Below the pieces are notes generated by a model that ran no database searches, had not been told where the DNA came from, and worked only from the letters and a program-made list of their open reading frames with translations. A stretch of DNA of 64,000 bases from a virus. The position numbers and the translations under genes are program-made. Positions within the stretch are counted from its first letter, which is position 1; each line of letters begins with the position of its first letter. This document shows, in pieces, positions 38,322 through 48,393 of this stretch. The stretch lies in IMG/VR virus record IMGVR_UViG_3300034107_000273, positions 1 to 64,000 of that record. One strand, 5' to 3'.

Positions 38322-38978
38322 ATGGCAATTGTAAAAGGATTAAAAAACATTAACGCATTAGTAGATAAGCCAAAGTTTGAAGGCACAGGTACAAAGGTTC
38401 GTTGGTTTAAGATCGCTGACGGTCAAGCAGTAAAGATTCGTTTTATTGAAGAGCTTGATGAAGATTCAGCAAATTATAATGAGGCTCGTGGTCTTGCACT
38501 AGTTGTATCAGAGCACACAAATCCAAAGGACTATAAGCGTAAGGCTGTAGATACTATGGAGTCAGAAGGTCGTGACTGGGCAGAAGAAATGCACCGCAAG
38601 GATATGAAGGCTGGCTGGCGTGCACGTCTTCGTTTCTATTGCAACGTTCTTGTAGATGATGGCATTGATGCACCATATGTTGCAATTTGGAACATGGGTG
38701 TTAGCAAGCAATCTGCATTTAATACTATTCGTGAGTATGCACTTGAAACAGGTAGCATCTCAAATCTTACTTGGAAGGTAAAGCGTAACGGTCAAGGTAC
38801 TGAGACAAGTTATACACTTATTCCAAGTTCTCCAGATGCTGCTCCATTTGATTGGACAGGAATTGAACCATTCCCATTGGAGAAGGCACTAAACAAGGTT
38901 CCATACGCAGAACAAGAAGCCTTTTATCTAGGCTTTGATACTCCTTCATCTTCATCATCAGCAAACATTGACTGGTAA
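38322..38978 (+). CDS. Single-stranded DNA-binding protein
   Basis: KVKRNGQGTETSYTL; short acidic-aromatic tail ANIDW; between primase and polymerase. Confidence 0.7.
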   Translation: MAIVKGLKNINALVDKPKFEGTGTKVRWFKIADGQAVKIRFIEELDEDSANYNEARGLALVVSEHTNPKDYKRKAVDTMESEGRDWAEEMHRKDMKAGWRARLRFYCNVLVDDGIDAPYVAIWNMGVSKQSAFNTIREYALETGSISNLTWKVKRNGQGTETSYTLIPSSPDAAPFDWTGIEPFPLEKALNKVPYAEQEAFYLGFDTPSSSSSANIDW

Positions 38979-38981
38979 TAG

Positions 38982-41900
38982 ATGAACTACGTTGGCTTAC
39001 ATGTCCATACACACTACTCCTTAATGGATGGTGTTGCTACTCCAGAAGAATACGTGAACCGTGCAGTTGCGTTAGGAATGCCAGCATTGGCTATTACTGA
39101 CCACGGTACTTTATCTGGGCATAGGGAACTGCACCGTATTGCAAAAGCAAATGGAATTAAGCCAATACTTGGTGTAGAAGGCTATATGACGACTAGTATG
39201 GCGGATAAGAGAGCAAAGGCAGATCGCCAAGATCCTCTTGACCTCAACTATCATCATATAGTCCTTCTCGCTAAGAACCAAGTTGGTCTTGAAAATCTTA
39301 ATAAGATTAATGAGATTGCATGGACAGATGGTTTCTTTAGTAAGCCAAGATTTGATTTTGAAACACTAGCAAAGTATAAAGAAGGACTAATCGTAACTTC
39401 TGGATGTTTAAGTGGATGGATTGCAAAAGCTGTTGAATTAGGTGAACTTGCAACAGCAAAGCGACACATGCAATGGTTTAAAAATGAATTTGGTGATGAT
39501 TACTATATTGAGGTAATGCCACATAACTCTGCTGAAATTAATAAAGGAATTATTGAGTTAGCAGATGCAATGAAGATTAAGATTGTTGTAACACCAGACT
39601 GTCATCATGCTGACGTAGATCAAAAAGAAGTTCAAGAACTAATGCTTCTTTTGAATACACACGCAAAGTTAGAAAAAGATGTTACATATGAGAAGTCAAA
39701 AAAGTATAATACTTTTATGGAGAGACTAGATTATCTATATGGTGCAGACCGTATGATGAGTTTTAATAAGTTTGACATTCATTTGCTTTCTTACGAACAG
39801 ATGAAGGATGCTATGCTAAAGCAGGGCATTGATCGTGAAGATATGTTTACTTCTACGATTGAGATTGCTAATAAGGTTGAAGATTATGATATTAAAGAAC
39901 ATTTAGACTTGCTTCCTGTTCAATATAAGAAGCCAATGAATGAACTTAAAAAGCTTGCTCTTGAAGGTTTATCTGAAAGAGGTTTAGAGTCTAATGAAGA
40001 ATATCTTGCAAGACTTGATGAAGAGTTAGAGATTATTGGACAAAAGAATTTTGGTCCATACTTCCTTGTTGTAAGAAATATGCTTAACTGGGCAAAGAGC
40101 GAAGGTATCATGGTTGGTCCTGGTCGTGGATCTGCAGCAGGTTCATTGCTTTGCTATGCACTTGGAATTACTGACATTGATCCAATTAAACATGGACTAC
40201 TGTTCTTCCGTTTTATTAATCCAGAACGTAATGACTTCCCTGATATTGACTCAGATATTCAAGATACTCGTCGTGATGAAGTTAAAGATTATCTAGTTAG
40301 ACAGTATCGCCATGTTGCATCTATTGCTACATTCTTACAGTTCAAGGATAAGGGTGTTGTGCGAGATGTTGCAAGATGCTTAAACATACCGTTGCCTGAT
40401 GTCAACAAGGTTCTAAAGGTTGTTGATACATGGGATGATTACTGTAACTCTAAGAATACTTTGTGGTTTAGAGAAAAGTATCCAGAGGTAGAACTGTACG
40501 GAGATCAACTTCGTGGAAGAATTCGTGGTACTGGAATTCACGCAGCAGGTGTAGTAACAAGTAAAGATCCAATCTTTAGATATGCACCAATGGAAACACG
40601 TTCAGTAACTGGACAGGATGAGCGCATCCCAGTAGTGGCAGTTGATATGGGTGAAGCAGAAAACATTGGTTTGATTAAGATTGATGCTCTTGGACTAAAG
40701 ACACTGAGCGTTCTTAAAGATTGTATTGATATTGTTAAAGAACGTGAAGGCACAAAGATTGATCTATTAAAGATTGATATGGATGATGCAAATGTTTATA
40801 ACATGCTATCTGATGGATACACCAAGGGTGTGTTCCAGTGTGAAGCAGCACCATACACAAACCTTCTAATTAAGATGCGTGTTAAAAACTTATCAGAACT
40901 TGCTGCATCAAATGCACTTGTTCGTCCTGGTGCTATGAACACAATTGGTAAATCTTATATTGCACGAAAGCATGGAAGAGAAAATATTGATTATAAGCAT
41001 CAAGTTATGAAAGCATTTACGGAGGAAACCTATGGCTGTATTCTTTACCAAGAGCAAGTTATGCAAGCATGCGTACAGCTTGGCGGTATGTCCATGTCGG
41101 AAGCAGATAAAGTTAGAAAGATCATTGGAAAGAAAAAGGATGCTAAAGAATTTGATGTTTTCAAAGATCAATTTGTTAAGGGTGCTTCACAATACCTTTC
41201 GCCAAATGATGCGTTAGATTTGTGGCATGACTTTGAGGCTCACGCAGGGTACTCATTCAATAAGTCTCACGCAGTAGCATATTCAACACTTTCATACTGG
41301 ACAGCGTGGTTAAAGTATCATTATCCTCTAGAGTTTATGTTTGCATTACTTAAGAACGAAAAAGACAAAGACGGAAGAACGGAGTATTTAATTGAAGCAA
41401 AACGTATGGGTATTACTGTTAAACTTCCGCATCTTAATGATTCGGAAATTGATTTTAAAATTGAAGGTAAAGGAATTAGATTTGGGCTTACGGGTATTAA
41501 ATATATCTCTGACAAAATTGCAGACAGATATATCGCAGGCCGTCCGTTCACATCATATAAACAAGTAGAAGAATTTACTTTTACTAAGGGTAATGGAGTT
41601 AATAGTCGTGCACTTCAAGCAATGAGATGTGTAGGAGCATTAACATTTCCAGATAATCCAGCAAATCCGCAGGAAGTTAAAGAAAATCTATATGAGTATC
41701 TTAACTTACCTGAGTTCAATACCTCTATTCCTCAACACTACTATGCATATATAAATGATGTAGAAGAATATGAAGAGACTGGATCTTTTGTATTACTTGG
41801 TATGGTTAAATCAATTAAGCGAAGCAAGGGTTGGTCACGAGTAGAGTTGCTTGATAAGACTGGCAGTGTTGGAATCTTTGATGAAGAAAATACTACAATT

Positions 41901-42257
41901 GAAGCTGGTAAAACTTATCTGCTTCTTGCTTCTGATAATAGAATTGTGTCTGCAATTCCAGCAGATGAAATCAAAGAATCAAAAGACTCTTTAATTAAGT
42001 TTTTAAATTATAAGATGCTTCCATATAAAGAAGGAGAACACTTTGTTGTTTCCTTTAAGCCAAGAGTTACAAAGGCTGGAAAGAAGATGGCTTCTCTTGT
42101 TGTTGCAGATGCAGGCAGAGAAATGCATTCAGTTGTTGTATTTCCAATGCAATTTGCAAAGGCATACATGAAGATTGAAGAAGGTAGTATATATAAGTTT
42201 GAGTTTGGAAAGACAAAAGATGGTACTATTATAATGAATGAGGTAGAAAATGTTTGA
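38982..42257 (+). CDS. dnaE: DNA polymerase III alpha subunit
   Basis: PHP domain LHVHTHYSLMDG, TDHG; GRGSAAGS; PDIDSD; YSFNKSHAVAY. Confidence 0.95.
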   Translation: MNYVGLHVHTHYSLMDGVATPEEYVNRAVALGMPALAITDHGTLSGHRELHRIAKANGIKPILGVEGYMTTSMADKRAKADRQDPLDLNYHHIVLLAKNQVGLENLNKINEIAWTDGFFSKPRFDFETLAKYKEGLIVTSGCLSGWIAKAVELGELATAKRHMQWFKNEFGDDYYIEVMPHNSAEINKGIIELADAMKIKIVVTPDCHHADVDQKEVQELMLLLNTHAKLEKDVTYEKSKKYNTFMERLDYLYGADRMMSFNKFDIHLLSYEQMKDAMLKQGIDREDMFTSTIEIANKVEDYDIKEHLDLLPVQYKKPMNELKKLALEGLSERGLESNEEYLARLDEELEIIGQKNFGPYFLVVRNMLNWAKSEGIMVGPGRGSAAGSLLCYALGITDIDPIKHGLLFFRFINPERNDFPDIDSDIQDTRRDEVKDYLVRQYRHVASIATFLQFKDKGVVRDVARCLNIPLPDVNKVLKVVDTWDDYCNSKNTLWFREKYPEVELYGDQLRGRIRGTGIHAAGVVTSKDPIFRYAPMETRSVTGQDERIPVVAVDMGEAENIGLIKIDALGLKTLSVLKDCIDIVKEREGTKIDLLKIDMDDANVYNMLSDGYTKGVFQCEAAPYTNLLIKMRVKNLSELAASNALVRPGAMNTIGKSYIARKHGRENIDYKHQVMKAFTEETYGCILYQEQVMQACVQLGGMSMSEADKVRKIIGKKKDAKEFDVFKDQFVKGASQYLSPNDALDLWHDFEAHAGYSFNKSHAVAYSTLSYWTAWLKYHYPLEFMFALLKNEKDKDGRTEYLIEAKRMGITVKLPHLNDSEIDFKIEGKGIRFGLTGIKYISDKIADRYIAGRPFTSYKQVEEFTFTKGNGVNSRALQAMRCVGALTFPDNPANPQEVKENLYEYLNLPEFNTSIPQHYYAYINDVEEYEETGSFVLLGMVKSIKRSKGWSRVELLDKTGSVGIFDEENTTIEAGKTYLLLASDNRIVSAIPADEIKESKDSLIKFLNYKMLPYKEGEHFVVSFKPRVTKAGKKMASLVVADAGREMHSVVVFPMQFAKAYMKIEEGSIYKFEFGKTKDGTIIMNEVENV

Positions 42258-42567
42258 TAATCTAGCAGAACAAATACATACAAATGCAGTAGCAAAAGGA
42301 TTTTGGGATCGCCCAGCAGATGAAATTTTTGTAACAAAACAAATGATGATGATAGTCTCTGAGGTTGTTGAAGCAATGGAAGCATTGAGAAAAGACATGG
42401 ACCCAGATCATATGTCAGATGAGTTTGCAGATATAATCATTCGTACATTAGATCTATATGCAGGAATGGTAAAAGCAGGGTACATGACTAAATCTTTAGA
42501 CTCTGCAATCAAACAAAAGATGGACAAGAACTCTGATAGACCAAAGAAGCATGGGGTAAGATTCTAA
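42250..42567 (+). CDS. MazG-like nucleotide pyrophosphohydrolase
   Basis: SEVVEAMEALRK...DEFADIIIR. Confidence 0.85.
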   Translation: MFDNLAEQIHTNAVAKGFWDRPADEIFVTKQMMMIVSEVVEAMEALRKDMDPDHMSDEFADIIIRTLDLYAGMVKAGYMTKSLDSAIKQKMDKNSDRPKKHGVRF

Positions 42568-43580
42568 TGATGACAGTAGAAGAAGTATTAGCACAACTTA
42601 GTCCAAAGCTAAGAAAGACTGTTATGGCTGGAGATACTATTCCAGCAACACAATATGCATCTACTCCTAGTTTCGGTTTAAACCGTGCTCTCAATGGTGG
42701 ATTACCATATGGTCGTCAGGTACTGGTCTGGGGTTCAAAATCGTCTGCAAAGTCTTCTCTATGCCTTCAGATGATAGGTCTAGCACAGAAGGAAGGAAAG
42801 ATCTGTGCATGGATTGATGCAGAAATGTCATATGATAAAAAGTGGGCAGAAGGTCTTGGTGTAGATTCATCAAAACTTATTGTTTCTCAATGCCGTACAA
42901 TTAATGAGATGGTTGATGTTGGAACTAATCTTATGAATGCAGGAGTTGATATTATTGTTATTGACTCAATTACATCGTTATTGCCAGCAATATATTTTGA
43001 AAAGGATTCAGATGAACTTAAACAACTTGAGAATACAAAACAAATCGGTGCAGAGTCTAGAGACTTTAGTAACGCTTGGAAAATGCTTAACTATGCTAAC
43101 AATAAGGTTAAGCCTACTATGCTTGTCCTTATTAGTCAGTCTCGCAATAATATTAGCGCTATGTATACTAGCCAGCAGCCTACTGGTGGTCAAGCTACTA
43201 AGTTCTATTCTTCTACCGTTATTAAATTATTTTCATCGGAATCCGACAATCAAGCAATTAAAGGAAAGATTCATGTTGGAGATAAACTTATTGAAGAAAA
43301 GATTGGTCGCAAGATTCGTTGGGAACTCCAATTTTCTAAGACCTCTCCTGGCTTTCAGTCTGGCGAGTATGACTTTTATTTCAGGGGAGATAATGTTGGT
43401 ATTGATAGCATTGGTGATCTTGTTGATACGGCTGAAATGATGGGAATTGTTGAGCGCACAGGTGCTTGGTATGTATTGCCAGACGGTACAAAGGTACAAG
43501 GTCGTGATGGCTTTGTCAATAGGGTAAGAGAAGATTTAAACCTACAAGATACAATCAAGAATAAGATCCTAGATGTCTGA
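42567..43580 (+). CDS. recA: RecA-like recombinase
   Basis: LNRALNGGLPYGR, GSKSSAKS, WIDAE, VIDS, PTGGQATKFYSS, GAWY. Confidence 0.92.
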   Translation: MMTVEEVLAQLSPKLRKTVMAGDTIPATQYASTPSFGLNRALNGGLPYGRQVLVWGSKSSAKSSLCLQMIGLAQKEGKICAWIDAEMSYDKKWAEGLGVDSSKLIVSQCRTINEMVDVGTNLMNAGVDIIVIDSITSLLPAIYFEKDSDELKQLENTKQIGAESRDFSNAWKMLNYANNKVKPTMLVLISQSRNNISAMYTSQQPTGGQATKFYSSTVIKLFSSESDNQAIKGKIHVGDKLIEEKIGRKIRWELQFSKTSPGFQSGEYDFYFRGDNVGIDSIGDLVDTAEMMGIVERTGAWYVLPDGTKVQGRDGFVNRVREDLNLQDTIKNKILDV

Positions 43581-43755
43581 AAAATTTAAAGTATTTCCTG
43601 GAAAGTTTCCATGTAAGACTTGTGCAGAAGAAGTTACATCTTTAAGACTATGGAAAGAAAGTGCAGACTTGACTTGGATGTGTTCTAACAAACACCTGTC
43701 AAGGGTACCAATTATTATGACAAGGAAAGACTTTGAGCGAAAGAACGGAAAGTAA
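43573..43755 (+). CDS. Small zinc-binding protein
   Basis: CKTC...CSNKH. Confidence 0.65.
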   Translation: MSEKFKVFPGKFPCKTCAEEVTSLRLWKESADLTWMCSNKHLSRVPIIMTRKDFERKNGK

Positions 43756-44023
43756 AAGGATTGGTGCTAAGCAGCACAAAAACTCAGGTCGTAATACCCA
43801 TAAGGGAGATGCAACCTGGAAAAACTTTACGGTTGACTTTAAGGAATGCTCTAAGTCTTTTACTTTAAATAAAGATGTATGGGCTAAGGCTGTTACGGAT
43901 GCTATTAGGAATGGTAACGATCCTGCTATCTTGGTTGTACTTGGAGAAGGAAATACAAAAGTAAGATTAATGATAACTGAGTTTGAAATAATGGAGCAAT
44001 TAATAGGAGAAGAAAATGAGTGA
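43733..44023 (+). CDS. PD-(D/E)XK Holliday junction resolvase-like protein
   Basis: NSGR...KGDA...VDFKE. Confidence 0.7.
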   Translation: MSERTESKRIGAKQHKNSGRNTHKGDATWKNFTVDFKECSKSFTLNKDVWAKAVTDAIRNGNDPAILVVLGEGNTKVRLMITEFEIMEQLIGEENE

Positions 44024-44318
44024 ACAAACAACGATAGAGATGGTAGATGGATTATCTGAAATAGCAGACTATATGAAAGATGAGGAGTTGACGGCAGCCT
44101 TAACATTTATTGCTAAGATCATTATCAAGCCTGACATTCCTCTTAATGTGGCAACTATAGAGATTGTTAGACTTCAGGCAATCGCAGCAAAAATGGCTTT
44201 CAAGGCAACTTGGATGGCCAATGTTGACAAAAATGACAGGGCAAAGAAGAATATTTATTATACGGCAGCAGAATCAATCAATAACTTGGTATCAGCACTC
44301 AAATACATTATGCGCTAA
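44016..44318 (+). CDS. Hypothetical protein
   Basis: ORF with SD AGGAG. Confidence 0.7.
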   Translation: MSEQTTIEMVDGLSEIADYMKDEELTAALTFIAKIIIKPDIPLNVATIEIVRLQAIAAKMAFKATWMANVDKNDRAKKNIYYTAAESINNLVSALKYIMR

Positions 44319-44320
44319 CC

Positions 44321-44329
44321 TGGTATACT
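44321..44329 (+). promoter_or_regulatory. Extended -10 promoter
   Basis: TGGTATACT. Confidence 0.6.
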
Positions 44330-44350
44330 TATATAGACAAAGGAATAGTT

Positions 44351-45136
44351 ATGACAAAAAACTTACTAAAGCAGATAATGATTAAAGAGGTTGATACTCC
44401 AGCACAGATAGATGCACAAGAGCTTGTGAAGGCTATTGAGGCAGGATATCTTGTTGGGCGTGAACCTAAGCATACACAAAAGAAAACTTTTGGTCCATCT
44501 ACTATTGCATATGGGCATGGAGAATGTCCACGTTATTGGTACCTTGCATTTGAGGGAGCGGTATTTGAGGATAACTCTGACCCATACGCAGTAGCAAATA
44601 TGACTAATGGAACTCTTGCTCATGGAAGAATTGAGACAGCGTTTAAGAACTCTGGTATTTCAATTGATTCAGAGTTTAAGATTTTTAATGATGATCCTCC
44701 AATTTTTGGTTATGTAGATAACTTTATTAATTGGAAGGGTGAAGAGGTTGTTGTTGAAGTAAAGACAACCAATAACGAAGTGTTTGAGTATCGTAAACGT
44801 ACAGGTAAGCCTAAGATGGGTCACGTTGTACAGATACTTATTTACATGAAGATTCTTAAGAAGGCAAAGGGTGTTCTTATTTATGAAAATAAAAACAACC
44901 ATGAACTTCTTGTAATTCCAGTTGAGGTAAATGATCATTACCGAAAGTGGATTGATGAAGCTTTTGAATGGATGAGAGTTGTTCGTAAGTCTTGGGAAGT
45001 AAAAGAACTTCCAACAAAGAACTATAGATCAAACTCTAAGATTTGCAAGAATTGTCCAATTAAAAAAGCATGTGATGAAGCTGGAGCAGGTGTTGTGAAG
45101 ATAGCATCTCTGGAGGAACTGAGTGAAACTTTGTAG
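44351..45136 (+). CDS. Cas4-like PD-(D/E)XK exonuclease
   Basis: CPRYW, GTLAH, GYVD, VEVKT, QILIY, CKNCPIKKAC. Confidence 0.85.
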   Translation: MTKNLLKQIMIKEVDTPAQIDAQELVKAIEAGYLVGREPKHTQKKTFGPSTIAYGHGECPRYWYLAFEGAVFEDNSDPYAVANMTNGTLAHGRIETAFKNSGISIDSEFKIFNDDPPIFGYVDNFINWKGEEVVVEVKTTNNEVFEYRKRTGKPKMGHVVQILIYMKILKKAKGVLIYENKNNHELLVIPVEVNDHYRKWIDEAFEWMRVVRKSWEVKELPTKNYRSNSKICKNCPIKKACDEAGAGVVKIASLEELSETL

Positions 45137-45413
45137 CAGATGTGACAACAGGTTTGATCCAAAGGTCAGTTATCAAATTTACTGCAGCCTTGAATGTCGT
45201 GACCTTGCTACAAAAGATAAGATTAAAGAAAGATATCAAGTAACTCGTAGACAAAAGAGGAAGGGGAAGGATCGCAGATGTTTAGGCGGATGCAATACTT
45301 CTCTTTCCATCTACAACGATTCTGGATTTTGTGCAAACTGTAATGTAAGCAAAAAGTCTGTTGATAAAATGTTAAAAGATCTGAAAGGTTTTTTTGATTA
45401 TGAGCAAGAATAA
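45123..45413 (+). CDS. Zinc-finger protein
   Basis: CSRC...YCSLEC...CLGGC...CANC. Confidence 0.7.
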   Translation: MKLCSRCDNRFDPKVSYQIYCSLECRDLATKDKIKERYQVTRRQKRKGKDRRCLGGCNTSLSIYNDSGFCANCNVSKKSVDKMLKDLKGFFDYEQE

Positions 45414-45996
45414 GTGGGGTATGGAAGTTACCCCAAAAAGAATATGTGCTATTGATGCTAGTACTAATAGTCTTGCTTTTGCTATTTTTGATACCTTCAC
45501 AAAAGATCTTATAAGTGTTGGAAAGATTAACTTTGAAGGTAAAGACACCTATGAAAAAGTAATGGATGCTGGTAAAAAGGTAAAAGCTTTTCTAGATATA
45601 TACGGTGGGTTTGAGGCAATTGTTATTGAGCACACTGTATTTATGAATAGTCCTAAGACTGCAGCAGATTTAGCCTTGGTTCAAGGAGCTATCCTTGGAT
45701 CAGCTGGTCAGTCAGGAACTACAAAGATTGGAAAAGTATCACCAATAACTTGGCAAAATTTTATTGGAAACAAAAAGATTTCAAAGGACGAGCAACTTTT
45801 TATTCGTGCACAAAATCCTGGTAAATCAGTATCTTGGTATAAGACTTATGAAAGAAACCTTAGAAAAGAAAGAACTATAAAGTTTATTAATATTAATTAT
45901 GATAGAACCATAACAGATAATGATGTAGCAGATGCCTGTGGAATTGGTCACTGGGCACTAAAGAACTGGGATAAGGCGGTTGGAAGTAATGAGTGA
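45400..45996 (+). CDS. RuvC-like resolvase
   Basis: AIDAST, IVIE, LALVQGAI, DNDVADACGIG. Confidence 0.85.
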   Translation: MSKNKWGMEVTPKRICAIDASTNSLAFAIFDTFTKDLISVGKINFEGKDTYEKVMDAGKKVKAFLDIYGGFEAIVIEHTVFMNSPKTAADLALVQGAILGSAGQSGTTKIGKVSPITWQNFIGNKKISKDEQLFIRAQNPGKSVSWYKTYERNLRKERTIKFININYDRTITDNDVADACGIGHWALKNWDKAVGSNE

Positions 45997-46165
45997 AAGA
46001 AAAGCCAAAACATTTAAGGAAGAAAATGCTGACGTTATACTAACAGTTAGAACTCTTGCCCCAACAAAATGGTTGCTCATGGATCGTGAAACTGGTCAAA
46101 TGTATCAGGGTAATGCAAGTGGTTACTGGGATAAACTAAAAACAGTAGAAAGAGATAATAAATAA
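45989..46165 (+). CDS. Hypothetical protein
   Basis: Coupled ORF. Confidence 0.6.
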   Translation: MSERKAKTFKEENADVILTVRTLAPTKWLLMDRETGQMYQGNASGYWDKLKTVERDNK

Positions 46166-46809
46166 TGCCAGAGTTAAATGCAAACATACCACCTATTGAA
46201 TGCTATGTACGTGGTAATTTCTTAAGAGATCAATTAGATAGTCATGATAAGTATTTTCCATGTGTAATTTTTGGAGTGTCAAGCATTAAGGCTAGAAGCC
46301 CTTTGTTCCATTTTATGATGGAAGATGGTGGTATTTGGTGGCGTATGCCGATAAATGCTTTTTGTGCTAAGCCAGGAGTTCCAGAAGAACCAATCCATAA
46401 TCTTGTTTTATGGAATTCTTTTAGTTCACATATTTCTGTTACAAAGTTTCAAGCATTAAGCAATATGAGAATGTCTTATCTTGATAGAAGCAAAAACACT
46501 ATCCCTGGAACATATCTGTTTACTTTAGATTGGCATAGCCCAGAAACCAATATACTAGATGACGGGTATTCTGAAAACCCAGGGCAGCATAAGTGTGGTC
46601 ACGTTATTCAAAGAGATGACGGAAATTTTGCGGTACAGCCAAATAATAGGGTAAGAATTAAAGAGCCGTCATTTGTCACCAAGAAAGACCTAGTGATAAA
46701 TAGATTAATTAACACAAATAAATGGGATGTTGAAAGTTACGATAAGTGGATACTTGAAGACTCCAATGCCTATAATTATGATGTTATTGATACCGAAGTT
46801 GACAAATAA
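46165..46809 (+). CDS. Hypothetical phage protein
   Basis: LNANIPP, WRMPI, YLFTLDW, QHKCGH, QPNNR. Confidence 0.75.
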   Translation: MPELNANIPPIECYVRGNFLRDQLDSHDKYFPCVIFGVSSIKARSPLFHFMMEDGGIWWRMPINAFCAKPGVPEEPIHNLVLWNSFSSHISVTKFQALSNMRMSYLDRSKNTIPGTYLFTLDWHSPETNILDDGYSENPGQHKCGHVIQRDDGNFAVQPNNRVRIKEPSFVTKKDLVINRLINTNKWDVESYDKWILEDSNAYNYDVIDTEVDK

Positions 46810-46827
46810 CGCTATGGCTGGTAAACT
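46799..46827 (+). promoter_or_regulatory. SigA-type promoter overlapping HTH gene start
   Basis: TTGACA-N17-TAAACT with extended TG. Confidence 0.6.
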
Positions 46828-46969
46828 ATATACATCAGAAGTTTGGTTAAAGAAAAGATTTCTTATTGATAAGAAGTCACCAGAAGAGATTGCAAAAGAG
46901 TGTGGGGCAAGCGTAGAGACTGTCTATGTTTACCTTGCTAAATTCGGACTAAGGAAGTCAAGGCGATGA
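46814..46969 (+). CDS. Small HTH protein
   Basis: KSPEEIAKECGASVETVYVYLAKFGL. Confidence 0.75.
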   Translation: MAGKLYTSEVWLKKRFLIDKKSPEEIAKECGASVETVYVYLAKFGLRKSRR

Positions 46970-47100
46970 ATAAATTACAAAAAGTTATTATTGGTCTAGG
47001 AGTTGCTGGTGCAGTAGGATTAACCTATGTCATTACAGCTCTAAAGGGTATGCCAGAAGCATTCACGTGGGAAAATGATGAGGAAGAAGAGTATGAGTGA
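46966..47100 (+). CDS. Small membrane protein (44 aa, not in the ORF track)
   Basis: ATGA overlap; MNKLQKVIIGLGVAGAVGLTYVITALKG plus an acidic tail. Confidence 0.6.
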   Translation: MNKLQKVIIGLGVAGAVGLTYVITALKGMPEAFTWENDEEEEYE

Positions 47101-47335
47101 TAATCTAACTATTACGGTAGATCAGGTTAATCACCCACGACATTACACTACAGATCCTTCTGGCGTTGAGTGCATAGAGATTACACGTCATCGTAACTTT
47201 AATATTGGTAACGCATTTAAGTATCTATGGCGTGCAGGACTTAAAGATGAGTCAAAAACTATACAGGATCTTGAGAAAGCAATTTTTTATATTAAAGATG
47301 AAATTAATAGGTTAGAGGGCAAATATGTCAACTGA
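47093..47335 (+). CDS. DUF3310 (SaV-like) protein
   Basis: DQVNHPRHY...ECI...GNAFKYLWRAGLK...DLEKAIFYI. Confidence 0.85.
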   Translation: MSDNLTITVDQVNHPRHYTTDPSGVECIEITRHRNFNIGNAFKYLWRAGLKDESKTIQDLEKAIFYIKDEINRLEGKYVN

Positions 47336-47867
47336 AGAAGAACTAGTAAAGCATCTTGATATAATGAATGATGTTGTAGGAGAATACCTCAAGGGTAGCG
47401 ATCCAACAACAATTTCTAAAGAATTAACAATTCCACGTACTCGTGTTGTTGCATACATTGATGAATGGAAAGAAAAGACTTCTAACAACATAGCCATTCG
47501 TGCTCGTGCCAAAGATGCTTTAGCAGGAGCAGATGCACATTACAGCAAGCTTATACTAAAGTCATACGAAGTTATTGATGAAGCATCAATGACCAATAAT
47601 CTTAGTGCAAAGACTGCTGCTATTAAACTTGTTATGGACATTGAGTCTAAGCGTATTGATATGTTGCAAAAAGCTGGACTCTTAGAAAATAAAGAGATTG
47701 CAGAAGAAATGGTTGAGATTGAGCGTCGTCAAGAAGTATTGGTTGGTATTCTTAGAGACATTGCATCAACACACCCAGAAGTTAGAGATATTATTCTTGA
47801 GAGACTATCAGCAATTGCAAAACAAGGAGAAGTATTAACAGTTATTTCTGTGAGTACAAATGAATAA
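47325..47867 (+). CDS. Terminase small subunit (putative)
   Basis: N-terminal HTH plus helical body; upstream of TerL. Confidence 0.6.
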   Translation: MSTEEELVKHLDIMNDVVGEYLKGSDPTTISKELTIPRTRVVAYIDEWKEKTSNNIAIRARAKDALAGADAHYSKLILKSYEVIDEASMTNNLSAKTAAIKLVMDIESKRIDMLQKAGLLENKEIAEEMVEIERRQEVLVGILRDIASTHPEVRDIILERLSAIAKQGEVLTVISVSTNE

Positions 47868-48393
47868 TTTACAAAAAATATCTATAATAAATATTGAAGG
47901 TATATCTTTAGATGATGTCTTATCTCACTGTGATAATAAAAATTGGACAGATGGAGAAGTTGCAAAATCTAGGTATTCTTCAGACACTGGATCAGGAACA
48001 AATAAAACAATCAGAGATGTTAATGTATCTGAAATGGATGCTGAGATTCATGTTGTTTTAAATAATTTAATTCAACCACACGTAGACAAGTATGCTAAAG
48101 ATAATAACATTAAAATATACGCTAATACATTTTATACAATAGCAAAATATTCTAAGGGTCAGTTTTTTACTGAGCACACAGATTCAACACCAGAGTTTCC
48201 TAGAGCAATATCTGCAATATTATATTTAAATGATGACTATGAAGGTGGAACTTTAACTTTTGGTAAAATTGGAAAAACCTTTAAGCCAAAAGCAAATACT
48301 CTTTTTATATTTCCATCTAGTGATGATTTTAGCCACTCAGCAGACCCAGTTATAGATGGTGTAAAGTATGTAATAGTTGGGTTTTGGTCATGA
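47860..48393 (+). CDS. 2OG-Fe(II) oxygenase (prolyl-4-hydroxylase-like)
   Basis: HTD, LYLNDDYEGG, FPS...HSA...GVKY. Confidence 0.85.
   Translation: MNNLQKISIINIEGISLDDVLSHCDNKNWTDGEVAKSRYSSDTGSGTNKTIRDVNVSEMDAEIHVVLNNLIQPHVDKYAKDNNIKIYANTFYTIAKYSKGQFFTEHTDSTPEFPRAISAILYLNDDYEGGTLTFGKIGKTFKPKANTLFIFPSSDDFSHSADPVIDGVKYVIVGFWS

Noticed and set aside
44351-45136. Cas4-like nuclease as a sign of a CRISPR system
   Set aside because: No repeat-spacer array or other cas genes seen; solo Cas4-like exonucleases are common in phage recombination modules
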